Below the pieces are notes generated by a model, which saw nothing but the letters and a program-made list of their open reading frames with translations, made no database searches and was not told the origin of the DNA. DNA of 63,958 bases, filler included, from Welwitschia mirabilis (taxonomy: Eukaryota): the NCBI GenBank assembly GCA_051453625.1. It is 7 parts of one record of this genome, joined end to end, with 100 filler letters (N's around TTAATTAATTAA, not from the genome) between each part and the next. Parts side by side here need not be neighbours in the genome. Positions count along the whole stretch, not along the records: positions 52,673 to 55,763 come from JBOZIK010000001.1; positions 55,864 to 62,533 come from JBOZIK010000001.1; positions 62,634 to 63,958 come from JBOZIK010000001.1; 4 more parts are not named here. One strand, written 5' to 3'. A program made the position numbers and the translations under genes. Below are positions 52,673 through 63,958 of this stretch, piece after piece (position 1 is the first letter of the stretch; each line of letters starts with the position of its first letter).

Positions 52673-55660
52673 CGTCGCAACATGCCTCCACAACTAGATT
52701 AATGATAATTAGTTATTTTTTATTTTGATTTTTATTTGTTGTCTTAGTATATAGGGACATGGTGAATTCTAGTAGAAAGACAAAATATCAGAAAAAGTGG
52801 AACTTAATTAAAGAAAATATCAAAGAAGGATTATTCAACTTCAAGTAAAATCCAAGTACACATATCTTAGGTATGAAAATTATAAGAATTGAAGAAGATG
52901 ATTTTTTCTATTTTTATTATTATAAAATTATATTTTGTGAAAGAAAATTTTAGCATATAAGTAGATATATTATTTCTTCTTCAACTATGTCAAAATTGCT
53001 ACAAAAACAAAGCAAGTCATTCATCTAATATGCTAATCATAATAAGAACTTCTACTTCAAATTCAAATGTTACTCTTACAGATTTAATTGCTAATAGAAA
53101 ACATAAAATCCAAAATGATTTTAATTTACCTCCCAATGATGATGAAGAATTAAGAAATTTGATTACCTATTCAACATTTTTAGAAGAACCTGAGAAATAC
53201 CCTTTCCAACACCCAAATAACATTAAATAACTTGTGCTTACCTTAGGAAATGGAAAGAAATGTATTAGTGATCATACTTACATAATTATTTTCTTAGTCA
53301 TACTTAGAGAAAGGACAAAACTTTGGCTTAAAACCATTCCATATAGGAGTCTTAAATCATGGAGTCAAGTGCAAGAATTTTTTATTAAAATATTTTTGAG
53401 TGAAAGTACCATGATAAAAAAAGGAAGAAAGTTACCAAGTTTCAACAAAAACCTCATGAAAACTGTGCCATAACATTTAAATGTTTTATTATAGCTAGCC
53501 ATTCCAATCCTATTCATGAATACCATAAAAAAGAATTAGTTGATTATTTCTATAGTGGATTGAATAGTCAAACTAGGCAACTTGTAAACTTTTGTTGTGA
53601 TGGTAATTTGATGAACTTAGTCTTAGAGGTTGCATTAAATGTGTTAGAAAATCTAGTATAAATAAGTTAATCTTGGCTAAAATCCACTAAGGAAAATGAA
53701 ATTATAGGACAAATAATAGAAAACTTAAAGAAAATAAAANNNNNNNNNNNNNNNNNNNNNNNNNNNNNNNNNNNNNNNNNNNNNNNNNNNNNNNNNNNNN
53801 NNNNNNNNNNNNNNNNNNNNNNNNNNNNNNNNNNNNNNNNNNNNNNNNNNNNNNNNNNNNNNNNNNNNNNNNNNNNNNNNNNNNNNNNNNNNNNTAAAAA
53901 GTATCCATTGTTATTAAGAGAGGATGTATAAAAAAGTTTATGAATTTAACCAAAGAATACCTAACTTTAAAAGTCAATCATAATTTCAATAAATATTAGG
54001 TGGACAATCACAATGAAAACCTTTTAAATATAGATTCAGGAATTTAAATTTTCAAACAAGTAACCTTAGTCTGCAATCAATTCAAAATAATCCACTCAAA
54101 GATTCCATAGAAGAATTAAAGAAGGTGCAAGAAAAGACTAATAGTAATATTAAAAAAAATTAGAAAATGTAACTCAAAAAATAATTCTTGTTAATCAAAC
54201 ACCATAAGGATCTCTTGCATCTCAACCTTTACATAACCCAAATGAAGTCAAGATAGATTTAAAAATAATAACAAGAAGCGGAAATGATACAAGATCTCCT
54301 ATCCATAAGGTTTTAACTTTAAAAAACAATGAAAAAAATAATGAAGAAGATGACGTAGAAATTGGACTCATATAACTTTCCATCAACATCACATGCTAAA
54401 ACCTCCACTAAAACTTTTCACAAGAAAATAAAGGGAAGAAATAATTTACTTCTTGAATTAATTAGTTAAATACAAATCTTACCTTTGATAAACACTTAAA
54501 GACTATGATGAAGGAGGTGAATATCAACTTATCTTTTTAGAAACTCTTACAACAAAATCCTAAATATTCTAATTTTGTGGAAAGATCTAGTAAGAAGAAA
54601 ACAAAAAGTACTATTCCTAGCAAAGTTTTTCTTGCTCAATCTATTTCTAACTTAGTCATTAAAAAGTTTCCTAAATTTAGAGACCCTAGAGTGATAATAG
54701 TGAGTGTCACTTTGGAAGGAAATAAAAGAATTTAAAAATCTTTAATTGATATAGAAGCTAGTGTAAACATCATGCCTCTTTACATATGTAAAATACTTGG
54801 GTTAAAAAACATAATAGAACCTACACAAATTATCTTAAAATTGGCTAATACTTTAATTAAGAAATCATTAGGAATTATTAGGGACTTAGTCATCCAAACT
54901 GAGAAATCTTTTTACCCCACAAATGTGGTCATAATTAAGGTAAAACATAATGAAGGTAATCCACTACTTTTTCCATTGTATCATTAACACACAAACCAAA
55001 ATGATGGAATGTTATATAAGAAATAAGAAGTTTACCATTTGAGTTTTTTATGCCACTAAAAAGAACATAAGAGATGAGTTTAACTTATAAGAATAATTTA
55101 AACCAACCTTGTTTTTACAACATCGACCAATTGAAGAGAAACTGATAATGCTATAGGAACTAATTTTGTATGATGGTCCAACCAAAATACATTGTCTTAA
55201 GCCTGAGATTGAGGAATACATCAATTGGAAGGAAACCCAACATGCTTACTTATTAGAAAACCTTTAGGAAGAGTGTTATCTCATGTTTATCATTCCCACG
55301 ACAGATAGTACGATATTTGAAAATTCCATCTTAGAACTTTAGAAATTGCCTAAATGTTTAAAATAATTTTTGTATTCAACAATCTAAAGAGACCCCTAAT
55401 AATAAATGACCTTCTTACTTCTCAACAAAAATCCAACTTTATTTCACTCTTAACTTCTAAAGAAGATGCCTTTGCTTAGATCCAAAAGACTTAGCTGCCA
55501 TCCATCTTTCCATAGTCCAATACAAAGTTTACGTTGAGTATAATGCTAAACCTATTAGGTAACACTAATGAAGGCTCAACTCAACCCTTAAGCAAATAGT
55601 TAAAATTAAATTATTAAACTTATGAATGCCAGGATCATATATGCTATATAATCAAGTGCT
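52673..55660 (+). mobile_element. Diverged Athila-like gag-protease-preRT pseudogene
   Basis: gag RTKLWLKTIPYRSLKSWSQVQEFF; protease LIDIEASVNIMPL (~54742-54780); AKPIR*H**RLNSTLKQIVK at ~55545-55605 (Athila QRRLNP motif). Confidence 0.85.
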
Positions 55661-55863
55661 TGATAGAGTCATTGCATTGATTCTAAGGTTATTTAAAAGA
55701 ATCATTACCCTTTACCCTTTATTGATCAGGTGTTTGATACAATCTAAGGTCATTCCTACTATTNNNNNNNNNNNNNNNNNNNNNNNNNNNNNNNNNNNNN
55801 NNNNNNNTTAATTAATTAANNNNNNNNNNNNNNNNNNNNNNNNNNNNNNNNNNNNNNNNNNNN

Positions 55864-58800
55864 TTATCACTACCTTACAATCTTTTCATACTTCGTTAAG
55901 GTTCGGTAAATGTTGAGTGAAAAGATCCCTTGAGGCCTTTAATTAGTAAGCATGATTTATTGCAAGATGTTCACCAGATTTTCTATGTTTGCATTTATCT
56001 TTTTTTTGAGTTTTTCTTAACTCCTTAATAGAATTCCTAAGAGGATCACTATGGTTTTAAGATTTGAAAGGGTTTTCCAAGTTATTCAGATGGTTGGATT
56101 AAAATTTTTGATAATCAAATCTATTTTGGTACAGTTGGGAGTTAGGATAATGTGTTTGAAAATTATTAGGTTGTTCATTCATCCTATGCTGAANNNNNNN
56201 NNNNNNNNNNNNNNNNNNNNNNNNNNNNNNNNNNNNNNNNNNNNNNNNNNNNNNNNNNNNNNNNNNNNNNNNNNNNNNNNNNNNNNNNNNNNNNNNNNNN
56301 NNNNNNNNNNNNNNNNNNNNNNNNNNNNNNNNNNNNNNNNNNNNNNNNNNNNNNNNNNNNNNNNNNNNNNNNNNNNNNNNNNNNNNNNNNNNNNNNNNNN
56401 NNNNNNNNNNNNNNNNNNNNNNNNNNNNNNNNNNNNNNNNNNNNNNNNNNNNNNNNNNNNNNNNNNNNNNNNNNNNNNNNNNNNNNNNNNNNNNNNNNNN
56501 NNNNNNNNNNNNNNNNNNNNNGTTTTAAGAGTTGAAAGGGTTTTCCAAGTTATTCAGATGGTTGGATTAAAATTTTTGATAATCAAATCTATTTCGATAC
56601 AGTTGGGAGTTAGGATAATGTGTTTGAAAATTATTAGGTTGTTCATTCATCCTATGCTGAAAATTGTGATTGGGTCTTGTCTTTGGTTATAATTTTGAGT
56701 GTAGTTAGAGAGCTCTTGGTTCAAATCATGAAATTCTTCATAAATTCTCTCTTTACATGTNNNNNNNNNNNNNNNNNNNNNNNNNNNNNNNNNNNNNNNN
56801 NNNNNNNNNNNNNNNNNNNNNNNNNNNNNNNNNNNNNNNNNNNNNNNNNNNNNNNNNNNNNNNNNNNNNNNNNNNNNNNNNNNNNNNNNNNNNNNNNNNN
56901 NNNNNNNNNNNNNNNNNNNNNNNNNNNNNNNNNNNNNNNNNNNNNNNNNNNNNNNNNNNNNNNNNNNNNNNNNNNNNNNNNNNNNNNNNNNNNNNNNNNN
57001 NNNAGATGAGGGTTTTAGCCACGTTTGACTTACTTTGATTAAATCTTCTAATATCTTCCAAGCATCTTCTAAAGTTTGATTTAAGAGGTTGCCTCCACAA
57101 GAAAAATCTACGAGTTGCTTAGTATGACTGTTTAATGCTCTATATAAATAATCTATTAATTCTATTTCAAAAAAGGCATCTACAAGATTTGAGTATAAAG
57201 CAATAAAGAATCTCTCGTAAGTAGAGGCATAGTCTTCATTAGGCAACTGTTGGAAGTTTGTAACTTCTTTCTTATATTTCTGGATAGTGGTTTTGTTCAT
57301 AAATCTTTTGATAAAGGCTTCCTAAATTTCACTCCAAGATTTTAGGCTCTTATAGGGTATCATTCTAAGCCAAATTTTTACTTTACCTCTCAAGGTCATA
57401 GAAAATATAACCATATAGGTTCTATCAGTTATTTGCTTTTTACCATTTTCGGATGTAAGGATAAGTTGTTCAATGTCGGTGAAGTGTTGTAGAGGATCTT
57501 CATCAGGTTCTTCTTGAAAAGTAGGGTAAGCATTTAAGTTTTCAGTTCTACGTCATCACCAAGAGGTAAGTCAAAAGGGTTTTGAATTTCAAGTCATTTA
57601 TTCATTATGAGATTTCTCAGAGTCACACAAGGAGTAGGAGTAATGGTTCCAATGATAGAGGATGGATTTGGTGAGATAGGTTGATTTTGATGAGAGGTCA
57701 ACATGGTCTTAGATTTTTCAAAATTAAAATCAAAATCTTTTGTAGAATTAAAATTAGAAATTTCAAGAAATTTTAAAGTTTGCATACCTGGGCTATTTTG
57801 ATTTTCAATTTCAAAATTTAGCAAACCTTCTCTGATATTTTTTGCAATGAACTATCTCTCTCTCTGGTATTTTTTGCCTTTTCCTATTTTTACCATTTAG
57901 TTTCAGGGCTGAAGCATCNNNNNNNNNNNNNNNNNNNNNNNNNNNNNNNNNNNNNNNNNNNNNNNNNNNNNNNNNNNNNNNNNNNNNNNNNNNNNNNNNN
58001 NNNNNNNNNNNNNNNNNNNNNNNNNNNNNNNNNNNNNNNNNNNNNNNNNNNNNNNNNNNNNNNNNNNNNNNNCAGAGTACTAGTACACCACTAATACAGC
58101 AAACATCTGGAATATCCACTAAAACAATGACAACTCTCGATTTTTAAGTAGCCTTCCTTGGTAACAATACCAATTTGTTATGGTATGTATTTATTTGATG
58201 TTTCACGCTTTGACTTAAATCCTGTTAATTATAAATAAGATGCATAAACACAGCAGACTAGTATAGTTGGAAATGAACCTAATGTCATAATTCTGTCAAA
58301 GGACAATAGTATGGATAATAAAGAGTTGATTTTAAGAAAGAAATATGTAACCCTAATCTACTGGAATAAATTGCAATGTATGAGATTGAAATAGTGATGC
58401 AAAACTAAATCTATGAAAAGAAATAGCGATGCACCATATCTAATCAAGCTCAACCTTGACAAAGGTTGCCCTCATAATCTATATAATAGAAAAAACCTAT
58501 TACAAATCTTAACTAACATAAACTATGAGGGACAAGTTCCTGCAATTATTGACAAAAAGGATAATTCATATTAAAAAGAATAAAAGACATCTGTATCGCA
58601 AAGTAGTCGTTCCTCAATAGAGGATATGTAATGTCTCTCTGGATTACAAGATGGTTCTCTAGTCCTAAGATCTCCTATCACAAGAATGTCAGGTACTATC
58701 GAAGATGATTAGGGATCGAGGGGAAGACCTTTATTCATAGACAGAAAGGAAAAAGAGGCTAACAGAAAAGAATAAGAGAAACTCTAGCTAACATGCAAGG

Positions 58801-59361
58801 AAGACTCACAAATAACAAGCAATAACTCGGGAATACAATCTGTAAAAGTATTAGAGGACAGTGTCGTCCATTTGGTCATCTGGACGATGGAGGGGACAAT
58901 AGGGTTTTACAATAAGTTATCTGTTTAACTTTTAGTTTAACTATCTATGATCTGCATGCAAACTGTTATCAACTAATATTGGAGATGTCATTCACTAGTG
59001 TCATTTGGACGATGGAGTCTGATAAGAAGATGCTCAGTTCAATCTACAAGTCATCTGGAATTAAGTCTGTCATATGTCCAATTAGGGTTGTCATCCTGAC
59101 TGTCGTCTGGATGACATATGGGACGACAGTCTTCTATACATCCTTTGTCAGTGTGATATCTGGTTGTTTATAGAAATAATCATCTGAAAATACAATCTAT
59201 TCATATCTATAGAAAATCCTCGTGAATTATCTGATAAACTGCATGTTTTCATCTTATGTTCCTAGATTCTTAATTGTCATAAGGACTAGGCATTTATCTG
59301 TTAGTTTATCTGCAAAACAACTCAAAATACCCTATCAAATACACTTAAGTTGGCATCGCAA
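55864..59361 (-). mobile_element. Athila-like Gypsy copy on minus strand (LTR 59361-58176, PBS 58172-58155, gag)
   Basis: Reverse complement aligns to 13217-17600. PBS TGGTATTGTTACCAAGGA; gag KKEVTNFQQLPNEDYASTYERF...DFSCGGNLLN. Confidence 0.88.
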
Positions 59362-59845
59362 NNNNNNNNNNNNNNNNNNNNNNNNNNNNNNNNNNNNNNN
59401 NNNNNNNNNNNNNNNNNNNNNNNNNNNNNNNNNNNNNNNNNNNNNNNNNNNNNNNNNNNNNNNNNNNNNNNNNNNNNNNNNNNNNNNNNNNNNNNNNNNN
59501 NNNNNNNNNNNNNNNNNNNNNNNNNNNNNNNNNNNNNNNNNNNNNNNNNNNNNNNNNNNNNNNNNNNNNNNNNNNNNNNNNNNNNNNNNNNNNNNNNNNN
59601 NNNNNNNNNNNNNNNNNNNNNNNNNNNNNNNNNNNNNNNNNNNNNNNNNNNNNNNNNNNNNNNNNNNNNNNNNNNNNNNNNNNNNNNNNNNNNNNNNNNN
59701 NNNNNNNNNNNNNNNNNNNNNNNNNNNNNNNNNNNNNNNNNNNNNNNNNNNNNNNNNNNNNNNNNNNNNNNNNNNNNNNNNNNNNNNNNNNNNNNNNNNN
59801 NNNNNNNNNNNNNNNNNNNNNNNNNNNNNNNNNNNNNNNNNNNNT

Positions 59846-59947
59846 TTTGATTCTTTATTATCATAAGAACTAAGCATTTATCTTTTAATTCATCTACAAA
59901 ACAACTCAAAATACCCTTTCAAATACATATAAGTTGGTGGCGTAATA
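59846..59947 (-). repeat. Outer end of another LTR of the same family
   Basis: Reverse complement TATTACGCCACCAACTTATATGTATTTGA... matches the LTR start at 13217; repeated after the gap at 60223-60317. Confidence 0.75.
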
Positions 59948-60489
59948 CTAGCTATATTGATGATGTAAGCTAAATATAGAACTTCTCTTAATATGGCATC
60001 ATCCTCATCATTGTTTAGATAAACTAGACAATACACCAAACTTGTGCAATATCACGCACCTCTTATGTTTCATGAGTATTTTTATGTATTTATTAGATTT
60101 GCTATTTTTAGAGTATGTTATTNNNNNNNNNNNNNNNNNNNNNNNNNNNNNNNNNNNNNNNNNNNNNNNNNNNNNNNNNNNNNNNNNNNNNNNNNNNNNN
60201 NNNNNNNNNNNNNNNNNNNNNNCTTTATTATCATAAGAACTAAGCATTTATCTTTTAATTCATCTACAAAATAACTCAAAATACCCTTTCAAATACATAT
60301 AAGTTGGTGGCGCAATACTAACTATATTGATGATGTAAGCTAAATATAGAACTCTTAATATGGCATCATCCTCATCATTGTTTAGATAAACTATACAATA
60401 CACCAAACTTGTGCAATATCATGCACCTCTTATGTGTCATGAGTATTTTTATGTATTTATTAGATTTGCTATTTTTAGAGTATGTTATT

Positions 60490-62250
60490 CTGAATAAATA
60501 TTACCTTTTCCCTCACTCTGAGTTTGTCTTCTTTGGCATTGAAAATTCTCATGATAGAACATTGAAGGATAGAAGATTTATCTATTAGTTATAGAGAGGA
60601 TTCTTCATTGATGTTGGGCTATGTATTCTTCATTAAGGCTTTGCTACTTTGTAACTTCGTAATAAGATGTTAGTTCAATTATAATGATAATATTTTTTTA
60701 GTTTTATTCATATGCATGTCCCTTATGATTTATGTTGGTTATAATTCCATGATAGTTTTATGCTAGATATATGTTGCAATGTGAATTTATGCAATCTTAA
60801 AACTCTTTAAGTAAACCTATAAATTAAATAACTTGTGGAAAATACATTCAAATATAAATAGGAGTTCATCCAAATGTTGTAATCCTAACAAAGGCACTAG
60901 GCTTAGAGTTAGAAAATTGATTTTCAAAGGTATTTTTATTCTCTTATCTTTTAATAACTGAAAGTAAATAGCAATGAAAAAGCAATCCAAAATGAATAGA
61001 TATGAAATGCAGTGAATGGAAATGGAAATGGCTTCTTTTTAGATCTTAGTACTTCTATTATAAAGACTATTTTCTTTATAAATTATATCAATTAAGAAGA
61101 GCATCTAACTAGTTCTTAACCAACATAAAATATGAGATCTGTCTAATTAAGATAAGAAATGAAATATAAAATGGAATGGAAAAATAATGTAAAACTACCA
61201 CTAATTAAAGTCAACCGTAAAAAAGGTTTTCCTCATGATCTAGATAAATCACATAGTTGTCATAATAAACTATGATAATGTAAACCATAAGGGATATATA
61301 TAGAATTGAAATGAAAAGAGAAATTGTATTAACTCAAAGAGTATTCAAGAATATTACATCCACTTACAACAGAATAACAGCACTTCAATGGAAGAGACTT
61401 AGACTAACACTAAGGAAACTCCTTTCTATAGTTACTAGATGGACCTCTTGTCCTTCAGTCTTTCATCACAAGCATATCAAGTACAAAAGATGGTTTAGAA
61501 GTGATAACAAGAGGGATATTTATAGTTGTACATTGAAAGTTCTACAAATGTAACCCTATAAGTTGGAGAGAAAAATCTACTAGCTCAAGTGAGATGCATG
61601 ATCCCATTACAAGATAATTTATCCTTGCTTATATAACATAGTTGTCTTTCTAACTGTCATGGGAATGACACTGGAGATGATTTCCCTTAGCAATAAATAA
61701 TTAATATTCTTTGAGCTTCATAATCATATCTGAAGTTAGCTCTATATGTGTTGTCATCCCTTATGTCATGGAAACGACAATGAGGATGATACCTCCATAG
61801 AAAAGGGTGCTTCATTGACTCCAACCTCCAGTCTAAATTGCTAATGTGATAGGTAGGTACAGTGCTGTTGTCCCCTTTGCAATGGTGACGATGATGGGGA
61901 TGACACCATTTCAAAGCTTCTTAAGTAAAGCAAATTATCCTTCTTCATCATTAGTCTTCTTTTAACATGCTAAGTACTACAACATGCCTGAAAAGTCTCC
62001 AATTATGCCAAGAATTACATGTTTCTGTGATTATCCTATCAACTCTTCATAATTAATAGAATTGCAACCTATATAAATATCCTATAAGATTACTTTAAAT
62101 ATACCATTAANNNNNNNNNNNNNNNNNNNNNNNNNNNNNNNNNNNNNNNNNNNNNNNNNNNNNNNNNNNNNNNNNNNNNNNNNNNNNNNNNNNNNNNNNN
62201 NNNNNNNNNNTAAATTCCTATAAATGGGCATTACAAGATAGCCTCCTACT
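60490..62250. mobile_element. Two older related LTR remnants in opposite orientation (+ ~60490-60800; - ~61250-62240)
   Basis: Both resemble the GACATTCTCGTGATAGGAGATTGAAGG LTR block. The reverse complement of 62225-62275 aligns to the PPT/LTR junction at 45255-45305. Confidence 0.55.
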
Positions 62251-62633
62251 TATCCTTATTAGCTCCTAATAAATTAAGTGATCAACTTTATTATGAACCA
62301 ATTTAACTAAGATAATCATCTACTACAGAAATGGAGTTTGAGTTCTATTTTATCATGTAGGAATAAATGACAAAAATTTATTAACTAATACAATTACTGT
62401 TATAGTCATAAGCACCCTACTTAAACACATCACAGTAGACTAAATAAATTTCATACACATAAACAAATCATAGAATGTAACAATAATAGTTCAGAAAATG
62501 ATAATGTATATGCATAAATTTGATAAATTAATGNNNNNNNNNNNNNNNNNNNNNNNNNNNNNNNNNNNNNNNNNNNNTTAATTAATTAANNNNNNNNNNN
62601 NNNNNNNNNNNNNNNNNNNNNNNNNNNNNNNNN

Positions 62634-63958
62634 TAGTGATCCTCTTAGGAATTCCATTGAGGAGTTAAGAAAAAATCAAGAGAAGATAAATACAAACATA
62701 GAAAATCTTGTAAATATCTTATAATAAACCATACTTACTAATTAAAGACCATAATGGACTCTTACCACTTAACATTTATTGAACCCTAACGAAGTATGAA
62801 AAGATTGTAAGGTGGTGATAAGGAGTGGAAATGATATAACTTCTCCTACTCATGAGGCTTTAACTTCCTAAAATGATAAAAATAATGAGGAAGAGTACAT
62901 AGANNNNNNNNNNCTTGCTACTTCATGGCTTGATAGGCTTAACACAAACCCCATCTTTAATGATCATTTAAAAGCGTTAATGCAAAATGTGAGCATCAAC
63001 TTATCTTTTTGAAAACTATTACAGGAGAATCCAAAATACTCTAAGATATTGAAAGACCTAATAAAAAGGGGAAAAAAAAATGAACCATCCCTAGTAAAGT
63101 CTTCCTAGCTTAATCCCTTAGCAATTTGGTTTCCAAGAAGTGTCCAAAGTTTAAAAATCTAAGAGCAGTAACTGTTAGTATCACTTTAGAAGGAAACCAT
63201 AAAATTAAAAAAGCCTTGATAGACATAAGAGCTAGTGTCAATATTATGCCCTTGCACATCTATCAATGTCTTAGATTGGAAGAAAAAGTAGAGCCTACAT
63301 GTGTTATCTTAGAATTAGCTAATATGTCTGTGAAGAAACCTTTAGATGTGATCAAGAACTTGGTTATTCAAATAGAGGAAGCTTTCTACCTAATTGATTT
63401 AGTTATCTTAGAAGTTAAGCATCATGGTGGATATCCCCTACTTTTAAGTAGAGCTTTCTATGCAATAGCACATTGCATCATAGACACAAGGACTAGATTG
63501 ATGAAGTGCCATTTTGGAAACAAACAATTTTCAATAAGAGCATTTTATATGATCGAAAAAGATTTAGGTAATGATTTAGGTTTCTAGGAAGAAATAAAAT
63601 CAAACCTATTTTTACAGCACTATACACTTCAGGAGAGATGGTCCATGCTTTATGAGCCAACCTTATTTGATCATCAAACAGAAGTAGACTACCTTTATGT
63701 GCTTAGTGAACAACTTAAGTTTGACCATCTCGTAATTGAGTTTTCTAATCTGAAGAGGAGTAAGTCTGAGTCTGTAATCTATTTTGAAGTCTAAGAAACT
63801 AAAGACCTTGAGAATTCTTAAGTTGAGGTCAGTCATTCACTACTGACATCCAGTTGACAGTCTGAGATGATATTCAACTTTTCTGAGAATTTTCCAGAAA
63901 ACCAAAGTCTGAAACTTAGCCTAACCTGAAACCTTTAGCCAGTGGACTAAAATACATT
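62634..63958 (+). mobile_element. Athila-like gag end and aspartic protease pseudogene
   Basis: Aligns to 17465-18500; ORF 63126-63587 contains KKALIDIRASVNIMPL...PLLLSRAF. Confidence 0.88.

Noticed and set aside
56053-60488. Duplications 56053/56522 and 59850/60223
   Set aside because: Near-identical sequence on both sides of N gaps; assembly overlap

Overview
AT-rich plant (angiosperm) repeat-rich DNA with no intact protein-coding gene. The window is a concatenation of seven pieces joined by an artificial 100-bp linker (44 N + TTAATTAATTAA + 44 N), so adjacency across linkers is unreliable. The main finding is a ~9.2-kb non-autonomous CACTA (En/Spm) element at 62-9245. It has terminal and subterminal repeats and no recognisable transposase in the called bases. 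It carries decayed exons of unrelated host genes: plastid-type GAPDH (two exons plus intron), serine palmitoyltransferase LCB2 and a WAC-domain (DDT/WAC) protein, plus several unidentified exon-like pieces. Nearly all lie on the minus strand, which fits a Pack-CACTA. Also present: a GATL (GT8) fragment between direct repeats; a LOG pseudogene flanked by a Tnt1-like Copia and a LINE remnant; an unidentified two-exon pseudogene; a second CACTA terminus; at least five degenerate copies of an Athila-like Gypsy family; and other Copia/Gypsy debris. All protein identifications are by-eye motif recognition, not database searches.
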